This document shows, piece after piece, positions 8,348 to 18,372 of a stretch of DNA of 54,892 nucleotides. The notes beneath the pieces were generated by a model. The model saw only the letters and a program-made list of their open reading frames with translations, searched no databases and had not been told where the DNA came from. The position numbers were made by a program, and so were the translations under genes. Position 1 is the first letter of the stretch. The number at the start of each line of letters is the position of its first letter. This DNA comes from Selenomonadaceae bacterium (GTDB lineage Bacteria > Bacillota > Negativicutes > Selenomonadales > Selenomonadaceae): the NCBI GenBank assembly GCA_017529935.1, contig JAFXNB010000057.1:1-54892 (forward strand), in the 5' to 3' direction.

Positions 8348-10630
8348 ATGTACAGCTACGAATTTGACGAAGAAACCGGCGGGCTTTTGTTGAAGGACAC
8401 CGAAGCGCAGATGTCCAAGGAGCCACGTCCGGTTTACGCCGAAGGAATGAATATTTTGGGCTTCGACAGCCGCTGGCATTACGAAAATCAAAATGACGTG
8501 CCGTATCTTTGGGCGGAGGCCGGCAACTATTTTTATCGCGCGAAAAAAATTGCCGTCGTCAGGGGTGGCTCTCTTTATGAAAAGCCCGCGCTTGAGTTCG
8601 TCGAAGATGACGGCTTGCCGGAAGGTGAAACGCTCTTGCCCGTCGATTTAAAGAAGATGTCCGCGAAAAATTTTGAGCTGATGGAGAACTTGCGGCAGGC
8701 GACTATCAAGCGCATTTACAATTATTGGCGGCGTTATCAAAAGCGGCTGGATTGTTTTCACGTGGCGTTCAGCGGCGGCAAAGATAGCGTCGTCCTGCTC
8801 GATTTGGTCAAGCACGCGCTGCCCAAGGCGTCTTTTATTGTCGTCTTCGGCGATACGCACATGGAATTTCCCGACACCTATAAAATCGTCGACGCGGTGG
8901 AAAAACAATGCAAAGCTGAAGGTATCGGCTTTTATCGTGCCGCCTCGAAGATGTTGCCTGAGGAAACGTGGAAACTTTTCGGACCGCCGTCGACTGTCCT
9001 GCGCTGGTGTTGCTCCGTCCACAAAGCCGCGCCGCAAACTTTGAAGATCCGCGAGATTTTAAACAAGCCCGATTTCGTCGGCGCGGATTTCGTCGGCGTC
9101 CGTGCTCAAGAAAGCGTCAAGCGTGCCGATTATGACATTGAAAATTTCGGCATGAAACAGCGCGGGCAACTTTCCCACAACTCAATTTTGGAATGGAGCG
9201 CGGCGGAAATTTGGCTGTATATCTTCATGTACGGCTTGCCCATTAACGAAACCTACAAGAAAGGAAATTCCCGTGCGGGCTGTTTATTCTGTCCTCTTGC
9301 AAGTAGTAAAAATAATTTTTTCAAGATGCAGGGATACAAACAATCAATAGAGAAATATATCTCACTTACGTTTTCAGCTTTAAACCCAGATAACGTTGAT
9401 GATTCATATGTAAAGGGAGGTGCTTGGATAGTTCGCAGAAGTGGCAGAGATTTAAAAAATTCCGTTACCAATTACCGCGAAGAAATTTCGGGCGATTATC
9501 TTTACATCACCGTCACGGCTCCCAAAACCGACTGGCGCGAATGGATTAAAACTCTCGGCGAAGTTCCTTTTCCCTACGAGGTCAACGAGGCGGAAGATAA
9601 AAGCGTTACCGCGAAAGTCAAAGCCGTCTACAATAAAACGCCCGCCATGAAAATTTTTAAGTCGGTCTTTCACAAAGCGGCGGCATGTGTCGGTTGCGGT
9701 GTCTGCGAATCAAATTGCAGACACGGCGCAATTTCTTTCAAGGACGGTTTGCACATCGACGAAAAAAAATGCATCCACTGTCTGCAGTGCCATAGTATAG
9801 AAAATGGCTGTCATTTATATGATTCTACAAGAACTACAAAGGAAGGAGATGATGTTAAATTGAAAGGGTTAAATGTTTTTAATACCCATGCGCCAAAGTC
9901 TGAATGGATAAAATTTTTCTTTGATAAAAAGAATGATTTTTTCTCTTTAAATCAGATGGGAGCACCTCAAGTAAAAAGTTTTAAGCATTTCTTGATTGAT
10001 TCGGAATTGATAGACGGAAAAAATCTTAAAACGACAAAAACGTTTAATCTTACAGAAAAAATTGGCGTAAATAGTGCTGTGGCGTGGGGAATTCTTTTTA
10101 TCAATCTCACTTATAACAACAAGCAAATACGGTGGTATGTAGACAATATGCCGATTGGACAAAACTTTTCGGCTAGAGAAATTAAAGATAAATTAATATC
10201 TATGGAAATTTCTACTATAAATGCGACACATATCACTTCAGCGTTTAGGCGGCTGTGTGAAACTCCGCTCGGCACGGAATTAAATTTCGGGACGACGACA
10301 AGCGACGGAAAAAATCTTTCGACGCTGAGGCGCACCAAAGCAAAGATTGACGACGGGCGAGTTATCCTGTACGCGCTGTACAAATTCGCGGAGGCGACGG
10401 ACGGTTGGTATCAATTCAACTTGTCGCGGCTGATGAGCGATTCGGATTCGGTGGGCGTCAGTCCGTCAAAACTTTTCGGGCTGGAGCGCGAGGAAATGCA
10501 ACAGTTTTTGAACGGGCTGTCGGCAAATTATCCCGACTTCATCAGCGTGACGTTCACGCACGACCTTGAAAAAATTTCGCTCGTGGCGGAAAAGACTTCG
10601 CAGGACGTTTTGAATTTGTTTAACCGTTAG
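8348..10630 (+). CDS. brxP: BrxP-like PAPS-reductase/PP-loop ATP pyrophosphatase with 2x[4Fe-4S] ferredoxin motif and a C-terminal extra domain
   Basis: PP-loop HVAFSGGKDSVVLLD. Cys motifs RWCCSVHK and AGCLFCP. Ferredoxin motifs CVGCGVCESNC and CIHCLQCHS. A C-terminal domain of about 250 aa has unknown function. Confidence 0.75.
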   Translation: MYSYEFDEETGGLLLKDTEAQMSKEPRPVYAEGMNILGFDSRWHYENQNDVPYLWAEAGNYFYRAKKIAVVRGGSLYEKPALEFVEDDGLPEGETLLPVDLKKMSAKNFELMENLRQATIKRIYNYWRRYQKRLDCFHVAFSGGKDSVVLLDLVKHALPKASFIVVFGDTHMEFPDTYKIVDAVEKQCKAEGIGFYRAASKMLPEETWKLFGPPSTVLRWCCSVHKAAPQTLKIREILNKPDFVGADFVGVRAQESVKRADYDIENFGMKQRGQLSHNSILEWSAAEIWLYIFMYGLPINETYKKGNSRAGCLFCPLASSKNNFFKMQGYKQSIEKYISLTFSALNPDNVDDSYVKGGAWIVRRSGRDLKNSVTNYREEISGDYLYITVTAPKTDWREWIKTLGEVPFPYEVNEAEDKSVTAKVKAVYNKTPAMKIFKSVFHKAAACVGCGVCESNCRHGAISFKDGLHIDEKKCIHCLQCHSIENGCHLYDSTRTTKEGDDVKLKGLNVFNTHAPKSEWIKFFFDKKNDFFSLNQMGAPQVKSFKHFLIDSELIDGKNLKTTKTFNLTEKIGVNSAVAWGILFINLTYNNKQIRWYVDNMPIGQNFSAREIKDKLISMEISTINATHITSAFRRLCETPLGTELNFGTTTSDGKNLSTLRRTKAKIDDGRVILYALYKFAEATDGWYQFNLSRLMSDSDSVGVSPSKLFGLEREEMQQFLNGLSANYPDFISVTFTHDLEKISLVAEKTSQDVLNLFNR

Positions 10631-10633
10631 GGA

Positions 10634-13600
10634 GTGACGGCGTTGGTATATGAACCAAATAAATATCTGGAGTACTTCGTAATAGATGAGGGCTATTATC
10701 CCGAAATCAACGAAAGCTCCATTAAAGACCCGAAAAACAAGTGGCAATACACCTTCCCGCACAAAGATATTGTCGCGCTGATGAAGTTGACGGAGCGTGC
10801 GTTATCGCGTCTGGAAAAGAAAAGCATTTGGCTTGAAGGCTCCTACGGTACGGGCAAATCGCGTATCCTCTGGATGATGCAAAATCTTTTGTCGTGCCCC
10901 GAAGAAGACTTCGACGCCTATTTTAATGAGTATGACAACTTGCGCGGGGAAATCGATTTGCGCGAACGGCTCCGCACCCTACGCAACGGCAAAATCATCA
11001 CGGCTGCCCGCTACGCCACCGGCGACATCACCTCCGCGCAGAAATTAATTTTCGCGGTGTTTGAAAGTTTGACTGCCGCGCTCAAAAAGAACGGTTGCAA
11101 ATTCGACGGCGCAAAAACTCTGCGCGGGAAAATTGCCGGCTGGCTTGAATCCGACAAAGCAAATTTGGAAATGTTTCGCGCCAAAATTCAGAAGCCCGAA
11201 TACAGAATGAGCGCGACTTTGGCTAATCGGACGGCGGAAGAAATTATCGAGCGGCTGAAAAATCCCAACGCGACGGTTTCACAGCTTGTCGAAGATATTT
11301 TGAAACTCGGCGAGCGCGAAGGTATCCTGGCGTTCAATATCAACATGCGAGAGTTGACTGAATGGATTGCCGAAGTTATCGCCGAAAATGATTTGAAGGC
11401 GATTGTTTTATTTTGGGACGAATTCTCCAAGTTCTTTGGCAACAACCGCAACAATCTCGACGAATTTCAGCGGCTGGCGGAGCTGTCGAATATCGCGCCG
11501 TTTTACCTGTTCATCGCAACGCATAAATCGGACAGCCTTGCCGGAGAGGGCGACCAAGCCTTCCGCATTGTCAGCGACAGATTCAACCATATGAACATCA
11601 CCATGCCCGATAACATCGCGCTTGAACTTGTCGGGCACGCGCTGAAAGTCAAGGACGTTGCCCGAAATGAATGGGAATATATTTCCGCCGCGCTGAGGGA
11701 ACGCACCGCCGAACCGCGCAAAGTCGTCATGGATTACGTCAAAATTCGCGACGAGAAAGTTTTGACAGATATTTTGCCGATTCACCCGATAACCGTAATT
11801 TTGTTGAAAAATCTTGCGTCGTACTTCGCCTCCAATCAACGGAGTATTTTTAATTTTATAAAGAACAGCGACCCGAATATTAAAGCATTCCAAGATTTTA
11901 TCGCGACGAAAAGTCCCGAAGACGGCGACCTTTTGACGATAGATTATCTGTGGAACTTTTTTTATGAGAGCGGCACGGACGAACACGGCGGCAACGTCGG
12001 ACGCATGAATTTAAAGCCGTCAATCCGCGCAATTCTCGACTCCTACGCGCTCAACAAAGATAATCTGAACCTCGACGAGCAAGCCGTTTTGAAGACAATT
12101 TTGCTGTTCCAAGCGATTGATCAAGAATCCGGCGGCAGCGTTGCTATTTTCCGCCCGACGGAAAAAAATTTGGAGCTGGCGTTCACCGGCGTCGCTGACA
12201 TGGAAAACGGACGCGCCGTCACTATCGCCAATGATTTGTTGCGCAAGGAAATTTTATTCAAGAAGCCGAGCAAGCCGGGCGAGGCGGATACTTTCGCGGC
12301 AATGGCATTGGGCGGCGATTTCGCGGAAATTGAACGGCTGAAAAAATCTATCGCCGATAACGTGAGGACTGCTGAACTTGTCGAAAGTGCCAGATTGCTT
12401 GAAACGATAACTCTGACGGCGGCGCAAAAATGCCGCTACGTTTTGCACGCCGTGACCGCCGATAATTTCACGTTGACGATAAACCGAATCACCAACGAAA
12501 AGGAAAATTATCAAATTAAAGCGGTCGTCTGCTTTGCCCGCAACGAGGACGAGCAAAATAAAATTTACAATCTCCTAAACGGCGCGCTCCGCAACGAACG
12601 CTATCACGGGCTGGTTTTTATTGACGCCACGTCGAATTTGATAAGCCGCGAAGTTTTTACGCGCTGGGTTGAAAACGCCGCCAACGAAAAATATTGGCGC
12701 AACAAAGAACCTTCCCTCGCCGACAAAATGAAAAACAACGCCGCCGATTGTCTCAAGGAATGGTACAATTCCTTTGCGGGCGGCTCTTTTGTTTACTACG
12801 CCGCGACGAAAAATGCTAGCGACGAACGCAGAGGAATTTCCTGCCAAAGCGCGGACAAAATCACCGACGAACTTAAGGACAACGTGCGCCGCCTTTATCC
12901 CTATTCCTTCGACAACGCAAATATCACCGACACGCTTTTTTTGTCTACTAATTTGAAACGGCTTTCCGAGGCGGGAATAAAGCAGGAAGAATTTTCCATG
13001 CTCAAGGCGAATTCGATTAAAGTTGTCCTGCGCGACGCGTGGCAGATGTCAGAAAAATATTGGGAAGTTTATCCGCAGGCAAATATTTCGCGCTTGAAAA
13101 TTGAACTCGACGCGCTGATTAAAAGTGCGATTGAAAGTAACTCAAGTATATCCTTTGACGATATTTTTAGCTGGCTGATTGAACGCGGCTTCATGCCGGT
13201 GAATATTTACGCGTTCCTCACGGGCTTTTTGCTGAAAGAATACGCCGGCGACCCGTACCGATTCAGCGCGGGGCTTGACGGCAATTTTGGCGGCGCGATG
13301 AGCGTTGCGAAGTTGGCGGAGTGTATCGGCGATAGCATTAAACAAACACAGACTCCCACAAGAAATTATCGCCCGAAATATTTGGAGATCATGTCGCCAA
13401 ATCAGCGGCAGTTCATGTTATTTGCGACGGAAATTTTTGGCGTGGCGGAAGATGTCTCCGTTGAGCAGAGCGCGCAGAAACTCCGCTTGAAATTCAAAAA
13501 TTTAGGTTATCCGCTGTGGTGCTACGTCGAGGCGGCGGACGACTATTATAAAAATTTTTTAGGTTGGCTGGCGGATATTGCCAATTCAAAACAAGCGGTC

Positions 13601-14845
13601 AGTGTTTCGGCGTTGGCGGAGCGTGCCGGACAATTTTTATTGAACAATCCCGCCGCCTTTCACGACTTGAAACTTTTCTTGACGGCGCAAAAAGGTCGCG
13701 AAATTTTTACCGGCTTCGTGAAAGATTTTGAAGACGGAATAATTTTTGACTTGGCGCAGAAAATCGGAATAGAAAATCCCGTTGCGGAATGTCAACGGCG
13801 AGTGACTTCAGGCGACGGCATTTGGCTACACGATAAAGAGACCGCGATAGACGATTTGCAAAAATTGATTGTCGATTGGGAGATTGTCGCTGAAAGTCAC
13901 AAATTCGGCATTGACGGGAAATCGCTCAATGCTTGCGTAAAAAATTGGGCGGATTATTGCCGATTCAATTTGAAAATTCCCGCCGACGTAATGGGCGATT
14001 ATTATCCGGCGATAAAAGATTTCTTCGCGCTTTTGAAAGAATTATCCGAACGCGGAGAAATTCCGCAAAGCAAAAGGGATTTTTTTTTATGCCGACTTAT
14101 CGACGCCGCCGAAATTATTCGCGACGCACTTTCCGAGCCGATAAAAATTTTGCGCGAAAAATATTCTTATCAGCTCAGCGGCTTGAATGACGAGGAAATT
14201 AAAGACTTGCATAGTTGTTTGCCGAACAGTTCATTCACCGATTCGCACGGTCGCTATCATAAAACAGTTGATGATTTCGCGAAGAAGATAAAAAGCAAGC
14301 AGCTGAAAAATACGCTCGTGGATTTGTGGGGTAAAGTTGCCAGCAATAATTCTCCGCGTGAATGGTCGAAAATTCATCGCACGCCGATTTTGGCAATGGT
14401 GCCGCACTCGGAGCAGGATGCCGCCCGAAAAATTTTTAATATCGTGATGACGAATGCGCCGGAAGAAAAAGATGTTCAATTCGCGATTGATTATCTGGAA
14501 AAGCAGCCGCCGTATTTCGCCGCGCTCAATGATAAACGGCAAATTGAAGCGGCTTTCCGCAAGGCGATTATCGACGAAGATTATCGCGTTTTGCTGGACG
14601 ACAACGACGAAGTTCGCGACGAGCTGGAGTTGAAATTTCCCGGCGACGCTTATCAATGGTATTCAAATGTTCGCGTGAAAGAAATCGTTAAAAAATTTGC
14701 CGAGAATAAATATTACAGCGGCGGGGCTTATGACAAATTAATTGCGCGAGTTATGCGCATGTCTAATGAAGACGCAAAAAAACTTTTGGTTGCATTGTTG
14801 AATAAAAATTTTGAGGTCGGCTTGAAACTTTTGAGGGAGCCTTGA
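10634..14845 (+). CDS. brxC: BrxC/PglY-like large P-loop ATPase
   Basis: 1403 aa. Walker A is GSYGTGKSR and Walker B-like is IVLFWDEFSKF. It sits between brxP and pglZ. The start could be GTG 10634 or TTG 10643. Confidence 0.75.
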   Translation: MTALVYEPNKYLEYFVIDEGYYPEINESSIKDPKNKWQYTFPHKDIVALMKLTERALSRLEKKSIWLEGSYGTGKSRILWMMQNLLSCPEEDFDAYFNEYDNLRGEIDLRERLRTLRNGKIITAARYATGDITSAQKLIFAVFESLTAALKKNGCKFDGAKTLRGKIAGWLESDKANLEMFRAKIQKPEYRMSATLANRTAEEIIERLKNPNATVSQLVEDILKLGEREGILAFNINMRELTEWIAEVIAENDLKAIVLFWDEFSKFFGNNRNNLDEFQRLAELSNIAPFYLFIATHKSDSLAGEGDQAFRIVSDRFNHMNITMPDNIALELVGHALKVKDVARNEWEYISAALRERTAEPRKVVMDYVKIRDEKVLTDILPIHPITVILLKNLASYFASNQRSIFNFIKNSDPNIKAFQDFIATKSPEDGDLLTIDYLWNFFYESGTDEHGGNVGRMNLKPSIRAILDSYALNKDNLNLDEQAVLKTILLFQAIDQESGGSVAIFRPTEKNLELAFTGVADMENGRAVTIANDLLRKEILFKKPSKPGEADTFAAMALGGDFAEIERLKKSIADNVRTAELVESARLLETITLTAAQKCRYVLHAVTADNFTLTINRITNEKENYQIKAVVCFARNEDEQNKIYNLLNGALRNERYHGLVFIDATSNLISREVFTRWVENAANEKYWRNKEPSLADKMKNNAADCLKEWYNSFAGGSFVYYAATKNASDERRGISCQSADKITDELKDNVRRLYPYSFDNANITDTLFLSTNLKRLSEAGIKQEEFSMLKANSIKVVLRDAWQMSEKYWEVYPQANISRLKIELDALIKSAIESNSSISFDDIFSWLIERGFMPVNIYAFLTGFLLKEYAGDPYRFSAGLDGNFGGAMSVAKLAECIGDSIKQTQTPTRNYRPKYLEIMSPNQRQFMLFATEIFGVAEDVSVEQSAQKLRLKFKNLGYPLWCYVEAADDYYKNFLGWLADIANSKQAVSVSALAERAGQFLLNNPAAFHDLKLFLTAQKGREIFTGFVKDFEDGIIFDLAQKIGIENPVAECQRRVTSGDGIWLHDKETAIDDLQKLIVDWEIVAESHKFGIDGKSLNACVKNWADYCRFNLKIPADVMGDYYPAIKDFFALLKELSERGEIPQSKRDFFLCRLIDAAEIIRDALSEPIKILREKYSYQLSGLNDEEIKDLHSCLPNSSFTDSHGRYHKTVDDFAKKIKSKQLKNTLVDLWGKVASNNSPREWSKIHRTPILAMVPHSEQDAARKIFNIVMTNAPEEKDVQFAIDYLEKQPPYFAALNDKRQIEAAFRKAIIDEDYRVLLDDNDEVRDELELKFPGDAYQWYSNVRVKEIVKKFAENKYYSGGAYDKLIARVMRMSNEDAKKLLVALLNKNFEVGLKLLREP

Positions 14846-14847
14846 GC

Positions 14848-16713
14848 ATGGAAATTTTGAGTATCGAGGACGCCGTAAAAAAGATTCGCATTTATTTAAG
14901 TCGAGACACATTACTCCCATACTTTTTCATTTCGGACGGCGCGACGGAGTTCAAAAAAACTTTTGGCGACTTCGAGCAAATTCATATTTCGGACTTTTGC
15001 GCGGGAGATTTTTTTGTTGATACGGATTGGCTTATCGACAAGCTGAACGCGCTGACCCGTGACGCGCTAGTTTTTGGCTTAGGCGAATACATTTACTTCA
15101 CCGCGCAGGAAAATATTTTGCGGACGTTGCAGGACAAAAATTTTAATCGGAAAGTTATCTTCGTCTGTCGAGGCATTGCCAATTTGCTGGAGCGTCTCGC
15201 CGACGAAGATTTTAAATTTCGCACGAATCAGATTTGCCGCGTCGGAGGCAAAGTAAATTTTTCCGTCGTGAAATACAATCCCGCGCTAAATTTCCCGACC
15301 GACGCCCAAAATTTTTCCGAACTGTTGAAGCTTTTAGAGGGCGGCAAAACTTCGGCGACTGTGCAAACAAATTTGCCGCTCGTGAACGTCAAGGAGATAA
15401 ATAATTTTTACGACGCGATAAAAAATCGGGAGCCGCAATTCAACATTTCGCCAGACGCGCTGAACGATTCGCAGTGGCAAGAATATTTCTTCGACGAAAA
15501 CTGCGACGGCTATCCGCCCGAACATTGGCGAACTTTCGCGGCGGGTTTCAAGAATAAAATTTCCAATCCGTATTTGCGCTACGTTTTTGCCGATTCCGCG
15601 AATTTCGAGGCGTATCGTAAAAATTTATTTTTCGCGTTGCTTGACGTTGACGGAAAAGTTTTCGAGGAATTTTATTCGTTGCGGAAAGTTGCCGTCAAAA
15701 ATATTTCGTCGCCGTATCTTGCAGAATATCTTGAGCGGCTGAAAACTTTCCTCGACGCCGTGAAATATCTGACGGACAACACCGCCGAAGAGCGTCGCGC
15801 GATGATTGAGACCGTGCAGGGCAAGGAAAAAATCCCCGACGCCTTCAAGAAAAATTATCCGGCGATGAATGATTATTTGGCGGACTTCGATTTTGGCGAC
15901 GCGGAGGTTACGAATTATTTTCGGCGGTACAAGAAAATTAAGCTGTGCAACGTCGACGATGAAACTTTTAAAAATCGCGTTCGGGAGCTGGCGACGCAAA
16001 GACCCTACAATAAATTCGAGACGCGACAGAAAATTTTAGACGACGCGGATAAAAATGCAAAACTCTATTGGTTAGACGCGCTCGGCGTGGAGTTTTTAGG
16101 ATATATTAAAGCGCGGGCGATTCAACTTGAACTTTCTGCGGCGATTAAAATTGCGCGTGCCGAATTGCCGACGCTGACTTCCCAAAATAAAATTTTCTAC
16201 GACGATTGGCGCGGCGATAAATTCGATAAAAATTCCGCGCTTGACGAATTGAAACATTCGCCCGAAAAATTTGGCGCGCCGATTTACATTGACGACGAGC
16301 TTAAAATTATCGACGACGTGCTTGCGGAAATAAAAAATTCTCTGGCGAATCACGACGCCGAAAAAATTATTCTGACTTCAGACCACGGAGCGAGCCGTCT
16401 TGCCGTCACGTTCGGGCGCGAAAATAAATTCAAGATGAATTCCGGCGGCGAACACGGCGGACGATGTTGCCCGATAAACGCGCTTGACGAAAAGCCGACT
16501 TGCGCAACGGAGGAAAATGGCTGGTGGGTTTTGGCGAATTACGACAGATTTGCGGGCGGGCGATTGGCTTCAGTGGAAGTTCACGGCGGCGCGACTTTGG
16601 AAGAAATTTTGATTCCCGTGATTGAATTCAGCTTGCAAGGCGCGGACGATGAAGTTAAAATTTCCGAGCCGCAAGAAAAATCTGATGAGGCTTTTGATTT
16701 TCTTTTGGATTGA
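14848..16713 (+). CDS. pglZ: PglZ alkaline-phosphatase-fold protein
   Basis: Motifs ..ILTSDHGASRL.., ..GEHGG.., ..VHGGATLEEILIPVIEF. ATG 14848 has GAGGGAG 8 nt upstream. The ORF track starts at TTG 14842, overlapping the brxC stop. Confidence 0.75.
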   Translation: MEILSIEDAVKKIRIYLSRDTLLPYFFISDGATEFKKTFGDFEQIHISDFCAGDFFVDTDWLIDKLNALTRDALVFGLGEYIYFTAQENILRTLQDKNFNRKVIFVCRGIANLLERLADEDFKFRTNQICRVGGKVNFSVVKYNPALNFPTDAQNFSELLKLLEGGKTSATVQTNLPLVNVKEINNFYDAIKNREPQFNISPDALNDSQWQEYFFDENCDGYPPEHWRTFAAGFKNKISNPYLRYVFADSANFEAYRKNLFFALLDVDGKVFEEFYSLRKVAVKNISSPYLAEYLERLKTFLDAVKYLTDNTAEERRAMIETVQGKEKIPDAFKKNYPAMNDYLADFDFGDAEVTNYFRRYKKIKLCNVDDETFKNRVRELATQRPYNKFETRQKILDDADKNAKLYWLDALGVEFLGYIKARAIQLELSAAIKIARAELPTLTSQNKIFYDDWRGDKFDKNSALDELKHSPEKFGAPIYIDDELKIIDDVLAEIKNSLANHDAEKIILTSDHGASRLAVTFGRENKFKMNSGGEHGGRCCPINALDEKPTCATEENGWWVLANYDRFAGGRLASVEVHGGATLEEILIPVIEFSLQGADDEVKISEPQEKSDEAFDFLLD

Positions 16714-16725
16714 CGGGTGCTGATT

Positions 16726-18165
16726 ATGGAAGAACGATTAAGAAAAATTTTCTCCGACATGGTCGTCTACAAGGACTTGAAGAACAGCAATTTTTTTTCC
16801 GCGCTGAGTTTGCCGTCGTTCATGCGCGATTGGCTTTTGCGACGATTCGAGGACGCGGACGGGTAATTTGACGCGGATGAACTTTCCGATTTCGTGCGGC
16901 GATTCATTCCGAAGAAAGACGATTGGAAGGCGATTAAAAGCCGCATTGTCATGGATAACGAGCATGTTAAGTTGCTGGCGAAAATTTCCGTTGAGATTGA
17001 CATTGCAACTGGCGCGGCGTCATTTTCCTTGCCGGATTTCGGACTTTCAGCGAAAGAAACGATGATTGACGAAAATATTTGGTACCTCTACAAAGATGAA
17101 CTGATTGGCGGGCGCGAGGTTTGGGGCATGATTCAGCTGGGCTATCGTCCGCCCGATTATGATGCGCGACCGAAAATCCCCGGCAAAATTCGGTTGCTGA
17201 AGTTTAAAAATTTTTGCCCGTATAAAATTGATTTGGACTTTTACAAAGACGCGCGGAAAAATTTTTCGTTCGATGAGTGGTTGCAAATTTTGTTGGGCGC
17301 GATAGACTACAACGCGGCGGGCTACGAGCGTGAGGAAGAAAAATTGACAATGCTGACGCGGCTGTTGCCGTTCGTGGAGAAGCGATTAAATCTGATTGAA
17401 CTTGCGCCGAAGGGAACGGGCAAATCTTACGTCTTCGGGCAAATCAGTCGGTTCGGTTGGTTGTCGAGCGGCGGAATCATGAGCCGAGCCAAAATGTTTT
17501 ACGACATGCAGAAACGCCAGGAAGGTTTAGTTGCTTACAATGATTTCGTGACGCTGGACGAAGTGCAGACGATTTCTTTCAAGGACACGGACGAGATGCG
17601 CGCCGCTTTGAAGGGTTTTTTGGAGAACGGAGTTTACACGGTGGGCAACCACTCCAACAACGCCGACGCGGGAGTTGTCTTGAGCGGCAACATTGCAAAG
17701 GCGACAATGGACATGGACGGCGCGGCGAATATGTTCGACGAACTGCCGACGGTTTTTCACGAATCCGCGCTGATTGAACGCTTTCACGGCTTCATTAAGG
17801 GTTGGAATATTCCGCGCATGAACGACGACATGAAAATTTGCGGCTGGGCTTTGAACTCCGAATATTTTTGCTCAATCCTCCACGAACTGCGCGAAGATGT
17901 CAGTTATCGGGCGATTGTCGACAAGCTAGTTAAGGTGCCCGATAAAGCCGACACGCGAGACACCGCCGCGATTAAACGGATTGCCACGGCGTACTTGAAA
18001 TTATTTTTCCCTAACGTCCGCCGCGCCGAAGAAGTCGACAAAAAACTTTTCAACCGCTACTGTCTGGAGCGTGCCTGCCAAATGCGCTCGACGATTAGAA
18101 AACAGCTTGCCCTGCTTGACGTTGAATATGCCGGCAAAAATATTCCGAGTTTCGAGGTAATTTAA
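16726..18165 (+). pseudogene. brxL: BrxL-like (Lon-related AAA) gene interrupted by an in-frame TAA at codon 47 (16864-16866)
   Basis: ATG 16726 encodes MEERLRKIFSDMVVYKDLKNSNFFSALSLPSFMRDWLLRRFEDADG, then TAA, then the same frame continues FDADELSDFVRRFIPKK.. to 18165. Walker A is APKGTGKSY and Walker B is FVTLDEVQ. Confidence 0.7.
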
Positions 18166-18372
18166 TTGGCTAAGAAAAATTTCGACTGCATTGCTTGCGG
18201 CAAACACGCGCTGACCAAAAATGAAATCGGCATAAACAAAAAACTCTTGGGCGCGAAGTCCAAGAATTTTTATTGCATTGAATGCCTAGCAAATTTTTTG
18301 GAAGTGGAGCCGCAAGATATTTTAGACAAGATTGAGGATTTTAAAAATGACGGCTGCAAACTCTTTGAATAA
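18166..18372 (+). CDS. 68-aa Zn-ribbon protein (CxxC..CxxC)
   Basis: The TTG start immediately follows the brxL stop, with GAGGT 7 nt upstream. Motifs are CIACG and CIEC. Its 3' end overlaps the desulfurase start by 26 nt. Confidence 0.55.
   Translation: MAKKNFDCIACGKHALTKNEIGINKKLLGAKSKNFYCIECLANFLEVEPQDILDKIEDFKNDGCKLFE

Noticed and set aside
16864-16866. Idea that the in-frame TAA (brxL) and TAG (kinase, 43691-43693) reflect stop-codon reassignment or programmed read-through
   Set aside because: TAA and TAG both serve as ordinary terminators elsewhere in the window (for example TAA at 2596-2598 and TAG at 19481-19483 and 10628-10630). I recognised no recoding signal. Nonsense mutation or sequencing error is simpler.
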